Assembly (NCBI GenBank): GCA_017432305.1
Contig: JAFRJK010000008.1
Span: 78,866 to 142,865, forward strand
From: Candidatus Saccharimonadota bacterium
GTDB taxonomy: Bacteria; Patescibacteriota; Saccharimonadia; Saccharimonadales; Saccharimonadaceae
Direction of reading: 5' to 3'
Length of the DNA: 64,000 nucleotides
Shown: positions 18,055 through 27,892 of the stretch, piece after piece
How the letters are laid out: every line of letters starts with the position of its first letter
Position numbering within the stretch: position 1 is the stretch's first letter
Notes under the pieces: model-generated
The model's database searches: none
What the model was told of the DNA's origin: nothing
What the model saw: only the letters and a program-made list of their open reading frames with translations
Position numbers and translations under genes: made by a program

Positions 18055-20412
18055 ATGTTCAAAAAAATCCAGAAGCGAGACGGGAAAATCGTCAACTTCA
18101 ACCCCGAAAAAATCGTTGATGCTATCGCTGCGGCCGGTAGTGCAACGGAGGAATTTAAATATGATCGCGCGAAACAACTTGCTGAAAAAGTTGTAAAAGT
18201 TGCGGAAGATGAAATTAAAGTCCGTACCCCGAAGGTCGAGCAAATCCAAGATATTGTTGAACAAGTCTTAATGGAATCGAGTTTCAAACGTACCGCAAAG
18301 GCCTACATTACTTATCGTCAAGAGCGAAACCGCACTCGCGATGCAAAATCTAACCTTATGGAAGCTTACAAAAAGATTTCGCTCGCTGATGCTTCGGAAG
18401 ATTCCGACATTAAACGCTCAAACGCAAACGTTGATGGAAACTCTGCTATGGGTAAAATGCTTCAATTCGGGGCTGAGGGCTCGAAGGAATTTGCAAAAAC
18501 CGTATTAATGGACCCGCGCTTTGCCGCTGCTCATGATAACGGTGACATCCACATTCATGATCTCGACTTTTATGCCACCGGAACCCTAACCTGTTGCCAA
18601 ACCGACCCACTTATTCTCTTTGCCGACGGCGGTTTTAATACCGGCCACGGTCACCTACGCACTCCAAATTCGATTGGTTCCTATGCTGCGCTCGCCGCAA
18701 TTATCCTCCAAGCGAACCAAAACGAACAACACGGTGGCCAATCTATCCCTAACTTTGACTACGCAATGGCTCCAGGTGTTGATAAAACCTTTAAGAAATC
18801 CTTAAGACGTAATCTTGAAAAATATACCGAATTCACCGGAAAGAAACTTAAAATTAAAATCCCTGAAGACATCAAATTCGGTGAAGACGAGCGTTTAAAG
18901 AAACTTAAAGTTCCTGAAAGTGTGATTAAAACCTCAAGCGAAGATACTGAAAAACAAACTCTCCAAGCTATGGAAGGTTTTATCCACAATCTTAACACAA
19001 TGCACTCTCGCGCTGGTGCACAAGTGCCATTCACTTCAATTAACTTCGGTACTGACACTTCCGATTCCGGCCGTCTTGTCTCGAAATACTTACTCGAGGC
19101 AACTATGAATGGTCTTGGAAAAGGTGAAACCCCAATCTTCCCAATCTCGATTTTCAAGGTTAAAGAAGGTGTAAACTATAATCCAGAAGATCCAAACTAC
19201 GACCTCTTCAAACGTTCAATGGAAGTCTCCGCAAAACGTCTTTTCCCGAACTTTACCTTTATCGACGCTCCATTCAACCTTCAATATTATAAGAAGGGCG
19301 ACTATCGTACTGAAATCGCGACGATGGGCTGTCGTACTCGCGTCTTTGGCTCCTGCTTCCCAGAATCCGACGGTATCGTCACTGGCCGCGGTAATTGTTC
19401 CTTCACTACGATTAACCTCGTCCGTCTCGGTATTAAACATGGAATTTGTTTGAAAGAACGCAAAGAAGCTGATTGGTCTGGTTTCTATAAAAACCTTGAC
19501 GAAATGATGGACCTCGTTAAAGACCAACTTCTTGAACGTTTCGAATTCCAAGCAAACCAACATGTTCGCAATTTCCCATTCCTCATGGGGCAAGGGAACT
19601 GGTTCGGTTCCGAGAAACTTGGTTGGAACGATACTCTTCGTGACGTAATTAAACACGGAACCCTCTCGATTGGCTTTATTGGTCTCGCTGAGTGTCTCGT
19701 TGCTATGACTGGAAAACACCACGGCGAATCTGATGAATGTCAGGAACTCGGTCTCGACATTATCACTCACATGCGTGAACGTTGTGATGATTATACGAAG
19801 AAATATAAATTAAATTTCTCGCTTCTCGCAACCCCGGCTGAAGGTCTTGCTGGTCGCTTCACAAAGATTGACCGTAAAGAATACGGAAAAATTAAAGGTG
19901 TTACCGACCGTGACTTCTATACAAACTCCTTCCACGTTCCAGTTTATTATCCAATTTCTGCCTTTGAGAAAATCGACAAAGAAGCTCCATATCATAATCT
20001 TTGTAACGCTGGTCACATTTCCTATATCGAGCTTGATGGCGATCCAAGCGACAACATCGAAGCCTTTGAAGCTGTGATTCGTCACATGCACGATACTGGT
20101 ATCGGCTATGGCTCCGTAAACCACCCAGTCGATCGCGACCCAGTTTGTGGTTTCGCCGGAATCATCAAAGGGAATCGTTGCCCAAGCTGTGGTCGTAAGG
20201 AAGATGATGTCCTCTTCGAGAGACTCCGCCGTATTACTGGTTACCTTGTCGGCTCACTCGAACGTTGGAACGATGGCAAGAAAGCTGAAGAGGCTGCCCG
20301 CGTTAAGCACGATGTCTGTCTATGTGACAAAGACGGTGTCTATTCGAAAGCTGAAAAAGCCGCTCGTGAAAAAGCAAAAAGAACTTCAAGGAAAGCTCTA
20401 GGAAAAGCATAA
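18055..20412 (+). CDS. nrdD: Anaerobic ribonucleoside-triphosphate reductase (class III), with ATP-cone
   Basis: 785 aa with an N-terminal ATP-cone, a CPSCG zinc site and the glycyl-radical motif RRITGYL. AGGAGG is the RBS. Confidence 0.95.
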   Translation: MFKKIQKRDGKIVNFNPEKIVDAIAAAGSATEEFKYDRAKQLAEKVVKVAEDEIKVRTPKVEQIQDIVEQVLMESSFKRTAKAYITYRQERNRTRDAKSNLMEAYKKISLADASEDSDIKRSNANVDGNSAMGKMLQFGAEGSKEFAKTVLMDPRFAAAHDNGDIHIHDLDFYATGTLTCCQTDPLILFADGGFNTGHGHLRTPNSIGSYAALAAIILQANQNEQHGGQSIPNFDYAMAPGVDKTFKKSLRRNLEKYTEFTGKKLKIKIPEDIKFGEDERLKKLKVPESVIKTSSEDTEKQTLQAMEGFIHNLNTMHSRAGAQVPFTSINFGTDTSDSGRLVSKYLLEATMNGLGKGETPIFPISIFKVKEGVNYNPEDPNYDLFKRSMEVSAKRLFPNFTFIDAPFNLQYYKKGDYRTEIATMGCRTRVFGSCFPESDGIVTGRGNCSFTTINLVRLGIKHGICLKERKEADWSGFYKNLDEMMDLVKDQLLERFEFQANQHVRNFPFLMGQGNWFGSEKLGWNDTLRDVIKHGTLSIGFIGLAECLVAMTGKHHGESDECQELGLDIITHMRERCDDYTKKYKLNFSLLATPAEGLAGRFTKIDRKEYGKIKGVTDRDFYTNSFHVPVYYPISAFEKIDKEAPYHNLCNAGHISYIELDGDPSDNIEAFEAVIRHMHDTGIGYGSVNHPVDRDPVCGFAGIIKGNRCPSCGRKEDDVLFERLRRITGYLVGSLERWNDGKKAEEAARVKHDVCLCDKDGVYSKAEKAAREKAKRTSRKALGKA

Positions 20413-20420
20413 AACTTAAG

Positions 20421-20449
20421 GTTTACCCCGCATAAAAAACGGGGTAAAC
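20421..20449 (+). terminator. 10-bp hairpin between nrdD and nrdG (attenuator or partial terminator)
   Basis: GTTTACCCCG-cataaaaaa-CGGGGTAAAC followed by TTATCTT. Confidence 0.5.
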
Positions 20450-20467
20450 TTATCTTAAAGGAAGAAA

Positions 20468-20992
20468 ATGCTAGATTTTAAATCTCCAGTTAAAGGTTCA
20501 AGTAAGACTAAAATTCGCCTTAGTGGCCCAATTGAACGGGATTCGATTGTTAATGGATATGGCCTTCGCGCTGTCGTTTGGACACAAGGATGTTTTATCC
20601 ATTGTAAAGGTTGCCAAAATCCCGAAACTTGGGATATGGAAGCTGGAGTTTTGGTTGACGTTGAAGATGTGAAAAAAGAACTTGCCAGCCTAAAAGGCCA
20701 AACCGGCTTAACTTTCTGTGGCGGCGAGCCATCCATCCAAGCCGAAGCTTGCATTGAAATCGCAAGATTTGTGAAAAAAGAGCTCGGGTGGAACGTCTGG
20801 AGTTTTTCTGGATTTACTTACGAGATGCTGAAACAACGCGGTGGTAAACAATGGGAATTTGTAAAAGAACTTGATGCTCTTATCGACGGCCCATTTATTC
20901 TTGCTGAACGCGACCTGACTTTGAAATTTAGGGGCTCTAGAAACCAGCGCCTGCTCCATCTAAAAAATGGCGAAATCACGAAAATTGAATAA
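20468..20992 (+). CDS. nrdG: Anaerobic RNR activating protein (radical SAM)
   Basis: VVWTQGCFIHCKGCQNPETW is the CxxxCxxC cluster motif typical of NrdG. Confidence 0.9.
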   Translation: MLDFKSPVKGSSKTKIRLSGPIERDSIVNGYGLRAVVWTQGCFIHCKGCQNPETWDMEAGVLVDVEDVKKELASLKGQTGLTFCGGEPSIQAEACIEIARFVKKELGWNVWSFSGFTYEMLKQRGGKQWEFVKELDALIDGPFILAERDLTLKFRGSRNQRLLHLKNGEITKIE

Positions 20993-20993
20993 A

Positions 20994-21869
20994 TTAAATT
21001 TTAAAATAATTTTTATGAATTGTTACTAATTTGTCGTTCGGCAGGTTAAATTTTTTCTCGGGTGCGTAATTTCGAATCGCAAAAAGAAAGTCATTTAGTT
21101 GCGGTCCGGTCAGCTTAATCTCATTTTTCTCAAGCGCGAAGCGTAAAATCTCAATTGAAACTTTATCATCCAAGTCCGAGAACCATTCACGTTTTAAAAC
21201 TCCATTTTCCGGCATCATCGAATCTAAAATTTCCTCGATTTCCGTGCGCTTTTTTTGTTGTGAAAAATACAACGTTTTTATCTTTTGATTAAGTTTAAAA
21301 TGCTTTTCCGGATCCATTGTTGAAACAATCTCGCGAATTCGATTCCGAAGATATTTGTCGGACGAATTCGTCGGGTCTTCGCGAAAAACGATTTTGTTTC
21401 GCGCCGCATAAACTAGAATATCTGCCTTACTTTCTGGCATTAAAACGTCATCCAATAAAAACGGACGGACGACATTTTCTGTCGAAAACGGTGTCAACCC
21501 GCGCCAAGAAGTTCCACGAATTAAATTAATAAAAACGCTTTCAACCAAATCATCTAGATGGTGTGCTGTGAAAATTTTTACCTCCTCGTTTGGAGATTGT
21601 TTTAAAACGTCTTCGCGAACTTTAAATAAAAATTTATATCTCGCTTCGCGCGCTTTTTCCTCCGAAACGTTTGGCCCGAGCTCCGATTTTCCGACTATGA
21701 TTTTAACTCCGAGTTCTTCGCAACGTTTTTGAACGAACGTTTCATCATTATCTGCCGATTTTCTCGTTCCATGGTTAAAATGTGCGACTAAAATATCCTC
21801 GTCGTCCTTAAATAAATCGAGGAGGACCATTGAGTCCACCCCACCAGAAACTGCCAAAATTTTTTTCAT
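20994..21869 (-). CDS. tilS: tRNA(Ile)-lysidine synthetase
   Basis: PP-loop AVSGGVDSMVL, and HHLDDLVES. Confidence 0.9.
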   Translation of the reverse strand: MKKILAVSGGVDSMVLLDLFKDDEDILVAHFNHGTRKSADNDETFVQKRCEELGVKIIVGKSELGPNVSEEKAREARYKFLFKVREDVLKQSPNEEVKIFTAHHLDDLVESVFINLIRGTSWRGLTPFSTENVVRPFLLDDVLMPESKADILVYAARNKIVFREDPTNSSDKYLRNRIREIVSTMDPEKHFKLNQKIKTLYFSQQKKRTEIEEILDSMMPENGVLKREWFSDLDDKVSIEILRFALEKNEIKLTGPQLNDFLFAIRNYAPEKKFNLPNDKLVTIHKNYFKI

Positions 21870-21895
21870 AAAACTTGTGTTATACTAATTATAGC

Positions 21896-22495
21896 ATGTT
21901 AATTACCGGTTCAAAATTGTTAAATTGCCCAGTTTTAAGTCTTCATGTTGGAGGCCAAATTGCTGAAGTTAAAAGTGATATTATCGACCCGAACGATTTA
22001 AAAATTGTTGCGTTAAATGTTAATGGCCCACAAACTGGCGATGGTGAACACGGCGATATTCTTGACACTCGCTCAGTCCGCGAATATTCGAGCCTTGGGC
22101 TTATTATTGATAGTATTGACGACCTCGTTTTAAGTGATGACGTAATAAAAATTAAAAAAATCTTGGAACTAAACTTCTCACTCATTGGGCTAAACGTAAA
22201 AACCAAAAAAGGCACAAAACTCGGAAAAGTTACTGATTATACTTTCGATACGGACACTTTCACAGTTATGCAAATTATCGTTAAACGTCCAATTTTAAAA
22301 TCAATTATTGATCCAGAATTAATTATTGGCCGTTCCGAAATTAAAGAAATTAACGACTATGAAATTGTCGTAAAAGATGAGGAAGAAAAAATCCGAAAGC
22401 AAGCCACGAAAAAAGATTTTGTTCCAAATTTTGTAAATCCTTTCCGTGAAGGCGTATTCACGCCGAACGAAAATTATATCGAGGATGAAGAATAA
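21896..22495 (+). CDS. PRC-barrel domain protein (two repeats)
   Basis: LITGSKLLNCPVLSLHVGGQIAEVKSDIIDPNDLKIVAL resembles YlmC/YmxH-type PRC barrels. The ATG at 21896 is preferred. Confidence 0.5.
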   Translation: MLITGSKLLNCPVLSLHVGGQIAEVKSDIIDPNDLKIVALNVNGPQTGDGEHGDILDTRSVREYSSLGLIIDSIDDLVLSDDVIKIKKILELNFSLIGLNVKTKKGTKLGKVTDYTFDTDTFTVMQIIVKRPILKSIIDPELIIGRSEIKEINDYEIVVKDEEEKIRKQATKKDFVPNFVNPFREGVFTPNENYIEDEE

Positions 22496-22911
22496 TGGAA
22501 AAACGCTTTAGCTCCGAAAAGGAGATGATAAAATTTGGCGAAGAAATTGGGAAAAATCTTTCTCTACCGTCCGTGATTGAGCTAATTGGCGATGTTGGAA
22601 CTGGAAAAACTACCATCACAAAAGGTATCGCGAAAGGTCTTGGTATAAAAGACGAAATAACAAGCCCGAGCTTCACAATCTCGAAACGTTACAATTTTGG
22701 TGATGATAAAAGCCTCGTCCACTACGATTTTTACCGCCTAAACGAACCGGGAATTATGAGCGAAGACTTAATAGAAAATATTTCAGACGAAAAAACCATT
22801 GTAGTCATTGAGTGGGGTGATTCAATTTCTAATCTTCTTCCAGAAAAACATTTGAAATTTTTGATTACTTTAAATGATGACGGAACTAGAACGGTAAAGG
22901 AGCTACTATGA
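22495..22911 (+). CDS. tsaE: tRNA t6A37 biosynthesis ATPase TsaE
   Basis: GDVGTGKTTITKGIAKGLGI...SPSFTI...HYDFYRL. Confidence 0.85.
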   Translation: MEKRFSSEKEMIKFGEEIGKNLSLPSVIELIGDVGTGKTTITKGIAKGLGIKDEITSPSFTISKRYNFGDDKSLVHYDFYRLNEPGIMSEDLIENISDEKTIVVIEWGDSISNLLPEKHLKFLITLNDDGTRTVKELL

Positions 22912-23240
22912 AATTATATTTAGACACCTCGACTTCGATGACGATTTTAAAATTAGATGAAAAAGAGTATAAAGAGGAACTCGGTCGAAATCTCGCCGAA
23001 AAGCTACACGTCTTCATCCATGAAAAATTAGTTGAAAATGGAAAAGATTGGAACGATATTTCTGAAATTACTTTTATGAGTGGCCCAGGTTCGTTTACTG
23101 GGCTTAGAATTGGCGCTGCCGTTGTGAACGCTCTAGCTTCCGAACTCGAAATCCCACTTTATAACCATCACGGCGAAAAGGTTCCGCTAATTCTTCCAGA
23201 ATACGATCGCCCAGCAAACATTTCTTCCCCGAAAAAATAA
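22908..23240 (+). CDS. tsaB: TsaB-like protein, short form (110 aa)
   Basis: MKLYLDTST...GPGSFTGLRIGAAVVNALA. Only the N-terminal half of a typical TsaB is present. Confidence 0.7.
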   Translation: MKLYLDTSTSMTILKLDEKEYKEELGRNLAEKLHVFIHEKLVENGKDWNDISEITFMSGPGSFTGLRIGAAVVNALASELEIPLYNHHGEKVPLILPEYDRPANISSPKK

Positions 23241-23305
23241 ACATAAATATCTTGCAAAATGCAAAATGCTTATGTTATAATTAGAGGAGTTATAAAGGGA
23301 ATAAA

Positions 23306-24364
23306 ATGAATCCAGAAGAAAATAATAGTAAGGCTGCTCCTACTACGGTCGGTGGTGTGACGTTTGGTGGCGGCTTTAATGGTTCGGCAGAAACGCCGGC
23401 TCCTAACACGCCACAATCTGCACCAGAACCAGTCGACCCAATCGTCGAATCTACTGGAGAAGAATTTGATGCAGTAATGAATGGAACTAACACTCCAGCT
23501 CCGGAGACTCCTAACGAAGCGCCGAGCGCTGGACAGTCTGTTGAACAACCAACTAGCGCCCCAGTTGCGCAAGATTTAGACCAAGCTCCAATCCCGAGCA
23601 ACCTTTCGGTCCCAGTTTCTTCGCCGACACATTTTGACGAACAAAATACCGTTCGCCCAATCGTCCAAGACCCAGGCACCCCGCTTGATGGTAGTAAAAA
23701 GAAAAAAGGTTTTAAAGCTCCGAAAGCTCCAGTTGATCCTGAAAAACAACTAAAAAAATTTAGCGCAATGTCGGTTATCTTTGGAATCCTTTCCGTTATC
23801 TTTATGGTTACGACTGTTGTCGCTCTCGTTTTATTCATGAATCGCGAAAGCGATCTCACCACCGCAAATTCAAAATTAAAAAATGCAAACACAATTATTT
23901 CGGCAATCGAAGAATCAACTGGCGTTTCGCCAATCACATCGGTCGCTGACCTTCCAGTCTATAAAGCTACAACCGGTTATATTTATCTTTCTGAATGGAA
24001 TATCAGAATTAAAATCCCGAACGATCTTGAAAATGTTTCATACATCTTAAACCAAAATCGTTATCACCCATCGATCTGCTTTAATGCAGTCCAAAAGAAC
24101 ATTCAATATTTCCCAGATTTTGCAAACATCGCGCTTAATCCAGGCCGAATGGGTTGTCTAACTCGCATCCCGGTATCTGATGGTAGCCTCGATGCAACGA
24201 CTGGAATTTCCTATGGCACTCAAGTCTTCACTTATAAAGACTACAATTACTTCTACACTGGCCCAATCGATTATAGCAAAGACGAAGCAAATCTAGGCCT
24301 TGAACACACCGCGCAACAAATCGTTAAAAACATGTTGACTGACAACATCGAACAATACGAATAG
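23306..24364 (+). CDS. Membrane-anchored hypothetical protein (Pro-rich N-terminus, one TM, extracytoplasmic domain)
   Basis: 352-aa ORF with GGAG upstream and TM segment MSVIFGILSVIFMVTTVVALVLF. Confidence 0.5.
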   Translation: MNPEENNSKAAPTTVGGVTFGGGFNGSAETPAPNTPQSAPEPVDPIVESTGEEFDAVMNGTNTPAPETPNEAPSAGQSVEQPTSAPVAQDLDQAPIPSNLSVPVSSPTHFDEQNTVRPIVQDPGTPLDGSKKKKGFKAPKAPVDPEKQLKKFSAMSVIFGILSVIFMVTTVVALVLFMNRESDLTTANSKLKNANTIISAIEESTGVSPITSVADLPVYKATTGYIYLSEWNIRIKIPNDLENVSYILNQNRYHPSICFNAVQKNIQYFPDFANIALNPGRMGCLTRIPVSDGSLDATTGISYGTQVFTYKDYNYFYTGPIDYSKDEANLGLEHTAQQIVKNMLTDNIEQYE

Positions 24365-24383
24365 TCTAAAAATTCACATTTTT

Positions 24384-24415
24384 CCCCTGTATATGATATA
24401 ATATCTATACGGGGG
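24384..24415 (+). terminator. Hairpin terminator
   Basis: CCCCTGTATA-12 nt-TATACGGGGG followed by ATTTTAATTT. Confidence 0.6.
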
Positions 24416-24507
24416 ATTTTAATTTATAACTAAACTTTGTTAAATTTTGATAATTCCGCTGGTACAAGGAAAGTATTAGCAAAAATTTGAGAAATAGAAA
24501 GAGGAGT

Positions 24508-26025
24508 ATGGAGATAATTTTTCCAATTATCGCCGCCATTGTTGGTCTAGCAGGCGGTGCAGGTGCCGTTTTTGCATACAACAAGAAAAATGAAAAAGGC
24601 GGCAAAAATAAAGCCGACGATTTAATTCGAAAAGCTAAAAATGAAGCTTCCGACATCGTCTCGAAAGCCCGAAAAGAAGCTGCGGATATCGCCGAAAAAA
24701 CTAAATCTGAAGAAGATGAACACCGAAAAGAATGGCGAAAAACTGAAAATCGCCTTTCTGAACGAGAAACCCTTCTTGACGGAAAACTCGATCAACTTGA
24801 GAAAAAATCTGAAAAACTCGTAAAACAAGAAAAAGAAATTGAAGATTTAAAAACTGAAATTCGCGACATTCGAACAAAGCAACAAGAAAAACTTGAAAAA
24901 ATTGCTGGACTTTCTAAAGCTGATGCTAAAGAAAAACTCATGGCTATGACCGAACGTGATATTAAAGACGATCTCGCGAATTTAATCACAAAAGAGCAAA
25001 AAGAAATCAAACGTGACATTGATGAAACTGCACAATCAATTCTCGTTACTGCGATGGAACGTATGTCTTCCGAAGTGACCGCTGACCGAACTATTACTGC
25101 ATTAAAACTTCCTGATGATGAAATGAAAGGCCGCATTATTGGTAAGGAAGGTAGAAATATCCAAGCATTACAACGTGCAACCGGCGTCGATATTATGGTC
25201 GACGATACTCCGGGCATGGTCGTTTTGTCTAGCTTCGATCCAATTCGTCGTCAAGTCGCAAGATATGCTCTTGAACGTCTTATGAAAGATGGTAGAATCA
25301 ACCCAACTTCAATCGAAGAAGCAGTTATGAAAGCCGAACGTGAAATCGAAAAAGAAGTTGTTCGTGCTGGTGAAGATGCTGTTCGTGAGGTCGGGCTTGT
25401 CGGAATTCCGGCGGAACTTATCCATCTTCTTGGTGAATGTAAATTCCGTACTTCCTATGGTCAAAACGTTCTTCTTCACTCTGTCGAAATGGCACATATT
25501 GCTGGTATGATTGCTGAAGAAATTGGCGCTGATAAACGCATTGCTAAAACTGCCGCTCTCATGCATGACATGGGTAAAGCCGTGACACATAAAATCGAAG
25601 GTAAGCACGCCGAAATCGGTGCTGAACTTGCAAAGAAATATGGTATGCCTGACGAAGTCGTTACTGCTATCGCCGCTCATCATGACGATATCGAGCCAAC
25701 CACTCCGGAAGCTATCATTGTTAAAATCTGTGACTCGCTTTCTGCAGCACGTCCTGGTGCAAGAAATATTTCTGCTGAAAACTTCGTAGAACGTATGAAA
25801 GACCTTGAAAACATCGCAACTTCTTTCTCAGGTATCGACAAGGCTTATGCAATTTCTGCCGGTCGCGAAGTTCGTGTTGTTGTCGAGCCAAAACAAGTCG
25901 ATGATTTAACGGCACTTAAACTTGCTCGCGATATTGCTGATAAAATCGAAGCGACAATGAGTTACCCTGGCATTATTAAAGTTAATGTCATCCGCGAAAC
26001 TCGCGCAATCGAATACGCAAAATAA
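24508..26025 (+). CDS. rny: Ribonuclease Y
   Basis: N-terminal TM and coiled coil, KH domain (GRIIGKEGRNIQALQRATGVD) and HD domain (HDMGKA). GAGGAG is the RBS before the ATG at 24508. Confidence 0.9.
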   Translation: MEIIFPIIAAIVGLAGGAGAVFAYNKKNEKGGKNKADDLIRKAKNEASDIVSKARKEAADIAEKTKSEEDEHRKEWRKTENRLSERETLLDGKLDQLEKKSEKLVKQEKEIEDLKTEIRDIRTKQQEKLEKIAGLSKADAKEKLMAMTERDIKDDLANLITKEQKEIKRDIDETAQSILVTAMERMSSEVTADRTITALKLPDDEMKGRIIGKEGRNIQALQRATGVDIMVDDTPGMVVLSSFDPIRRQVARYALERLMKDGRINPTSIEEAVMKAEREIEKEVVRAGEDAVREVGLVGIPAELIHLLGECKFRTSYGQNVLLHSVEMAHIAGMIAEEIGADKRIAKTAALMHDMGKAVTHKIEGKHAEIGAELAKKYGMPDEVVTAIAAHHDDIEPTTPEAIIVKICDSLSAARPGARNISAENFVERMKDLENIATSFSGIDKAYAISAGREVRVVVEPKQVDDLTALKLARDIADKIEATMSYPGIIKVNVIRETRAIEYAK

Positions 26026-26033
26026 ACTCGAAA

Positions 26034-26060
26034 AGGCGCCTCAAAAATGGGGCGCTTTTT
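26034..26060 (+). terminator. Intrinsic terminator after rny
   Basis: AGGCGCC-10 nt-GGCGCTT followed by TTT. Confidence 0.65.
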
Positions 26061-26090
26061 GCATGAATCTAAAAGTGCTATAATAAAAGT

Positions 26091-27254
26091 ATGAAGAAAG
26101 CTTCGGCTAAGAATAAAAAGACGAAAAAAGTTAAAAATATAAAAGCGCCTGTTGTAAAAATTATTGATAAATACCAAAATGACCGACGCTATCGAATTCG
26201 CTTTGCCTCAATTATTCTTATCGCCGCCGTTATTACAATAATTTCAGTTTTTGCAACGCTTTTTATTGCACGTGAACAAATTGCTGAAAATATCAGGGCT
26301 GCCCAAGAACAAAATAAAATTACAGATTATGGCGTGACGAGCGAAGTTTGTTATTTTAAAGACGAAGACGGTCCACAAATTGTTCTAAATGGCGATATCG
26401 AAATGACAATTACGGAAGGTGAAGAATACCTTGACGAAGGCGCGAAAGCTGTGGACATTTGCGATGGTGAAGTTGAAGTGAAAATCGAAGGCGAAGTCGA
26501 TCGAAATAAAGCCGGCTCGTACCAAGTTACTTATTTTGCGACCGATAAAGCGGGCAACACTTCTTCGGTTGTTCGCATCGTGAACGTAAAAGCTCGTCCA
26601 GTCGCCTCTACGGTAAACGTCCCGAACGGTCCAAAAATCATCTATCTAACTTTCGACGATGGTCCAGGTCCCGACACCGGGAGACTACTCGACGTTCTTA
26701 AAAAATATAATGTAAAAGCAACATTTTTCGTGACTTGTAACCGTGCCGAACACCGCGCAATGATTACACGAGCAGCAAACGAAGGGCATGCGATTGGTCT
26801 TCATACTTGCACACATAACTATGCTAGCGTCTATGCAAATGACACGGCCTACTTTAATGATTTAGGCTCAATCTCTGGGCTCGTAAAAGAGCTGACTGGA
26901 AAAGAATCGAAACTCGTGCGTTTTCCGGGTGGTTCTTCAAATACCGTTTCAGCAAGATATAGTAAAGGAATTATCTCGCGAGTGGCTACTGAACTTAATC
27001 GACGCGGGTATGTTTATTTCGATTGGAACGTTTCGAGTGGTGACGCAAGTAACGGGGTTAATAGCTCAGACCGAGTTTATAGTAATGTGATAAAGGGATT
27101 AAGAGGGGACTATTCTATCGTTCTTCAACACGATATAAAAAGTTTTTCGGTCGATGCGGTTGAAAGGATTATTAGTTACGGCCTTTCTAATGGCTTTACC
27201 TTTAAAGCTCTCGACACTGCTTCTCCAACCGCCCACCATCGAATTAGCAATTAA
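26091..27254 (+). CDS. Polysaccharide deacetylase (NodB homology) with TM anchor and Ig-like (DUF5011-like) domain
   Basis: IYLTFDDGPGPDT, KATFFV and HTCTH motifs. Leaderless: TATAAT at 26079-26084, 6 nt, then ATG. Confidence 0.85.
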   Translation: MKKASAKNKKTKKVKNIKAPVVKIIDKYQNDRRYRIRFASIILIAAVITIISVFATLFIAREQIAENIRAAQEQNKITDYGVTSEVCYFKDEDGPQIVLNGDIEMTITEGEEYLDEGAKAVDICDGEVEVKIEGEVDRNKAGSYQVTYFATDKAGNTSSVVRIVNVKARPVASTVNVPNGPKIIYLTFDDGPGPDTGRLLDVLKKYNVKATFFVTCNRAEHRAMITRAANEGHAIGLHTCTHNYASVYANDTAYFNDLGSISGLVKELTGKESKLVRFPGGSSNTVSARYSKGIISRVATELNRRGYVYFDWNVSSGDASNGVNSSDRVYSNVIKGLRGDYSIVLQHDIKSFSVDAVERIISYGLSNGFTFKALDTASPTAHHRISN

Positions 27255-27284
27255 AAAAACGCCTTTTTGGCGAAAGACATTTTA

Positions 27285-27360
27285 TGGAGCCGCTGGCAGG
27301 GCTTGAACCTGTGACCTGCTCGTTACGAATGAGCTGCTCTACCAACTGAGCTACAGCGGC
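27285..27360 (-). tRNA. tRNA-Thr (anticodon CGT), CCA encoded
   Basis: The rc reads GCCGCTGTAGCTCAGTTGGTAGAGCAGCTCATTCGTAACGAGCAGGTCACAGGTTCAAGCCCTGCCAGCGGCTCCA. Confidence 0.85.
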
Positions 27361-27404
27361 ACCTAGGGGTATTCTAACATATTTCTCAAGAAAAACAAAG
27401 CAAA

Positions 27405-27418
27405 CCCCAAAAATCCTA
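27405..27418 (-). repeat. Truncated cassette head remnant
   Basis: The rc reads TAGGATTTTTGGGG and is preceded by conserved spacer S1. The body is missing and tRNA-Thr lies 45 nt further on. Confidence 0.6.
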
Positions 27419-27465
27419 CAGAGCAATATTAGCTGTCTTTAATATTAAAGTTTAATTTTACTCCG
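27419..27465. repeat. Head-to-head junction spacer S1 (47 nt, AT-rich)
   Basis: Reverse complement of S2 (29050-29096) with one mismatch. Confidence 0.85.
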
Positions 27466-27674
27466 TTGGATTTTTGGAGGGGTGGGCAATATGATCGAAG
27501 CTCCGGTAAAGTCGGTGCTCGCCTTTCTCACTTTTGGTCATTTACGCGTTTTTACACATATAGCGAGCTTGGTCGAATATCAATTGTTGCTACTTGGATT
27601 GAAAACAGTACTGGTCTAATTACTTTTGGCACAATGTATGGCGGACATGGAGGTCGTATCCGTTGCGCACGGAT
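27466..27674 (+). repeat. FWRGG-IRC cassette E5
   Basis: Head at 27466-27486. Reads LDFWRGGQYDRSSGKVGARLSHFWSFTRFYTYSELGRISIVATWIENSTGLITFGTMYGGHGGRIRCARI. The 17-nt tail ATCCGTTGCGCACGGAT is shared with E6. Confidence 0.85.
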
Positions 27675-27863
27675 AGAAATCCCACGACCTTTATATTCAG
27701 AAGTACCAGCTACTATATAGCCAGCATTATTTACGATTGACAGTATGAGTAGTTCGCCTCTCTCAGTAATATAGTCCCTATAGATCTGATAATACCCGCC
27801 AATTGCACGGTTATTAACTCCACCCCACGAACGAGTATAGTCCCCACCCCTCCAAAAATCCAA
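27658..27863 (-). repeat. FWRGG-IRC cassette E6
   Basis: Head rc at 27843-27863. Reads LDFWRGGDYTRSWGGVNNRAIGGYYQIYRDYITERGELLILSIVNNAGYIVAGTSEYKGRGISIRAQRI. The Cys is lost through the 1-nt-short palindrome. Confidence 0.85.
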
Positions 27864-27892
27864 GAGAGTAGATTTAATGATATAATATATAT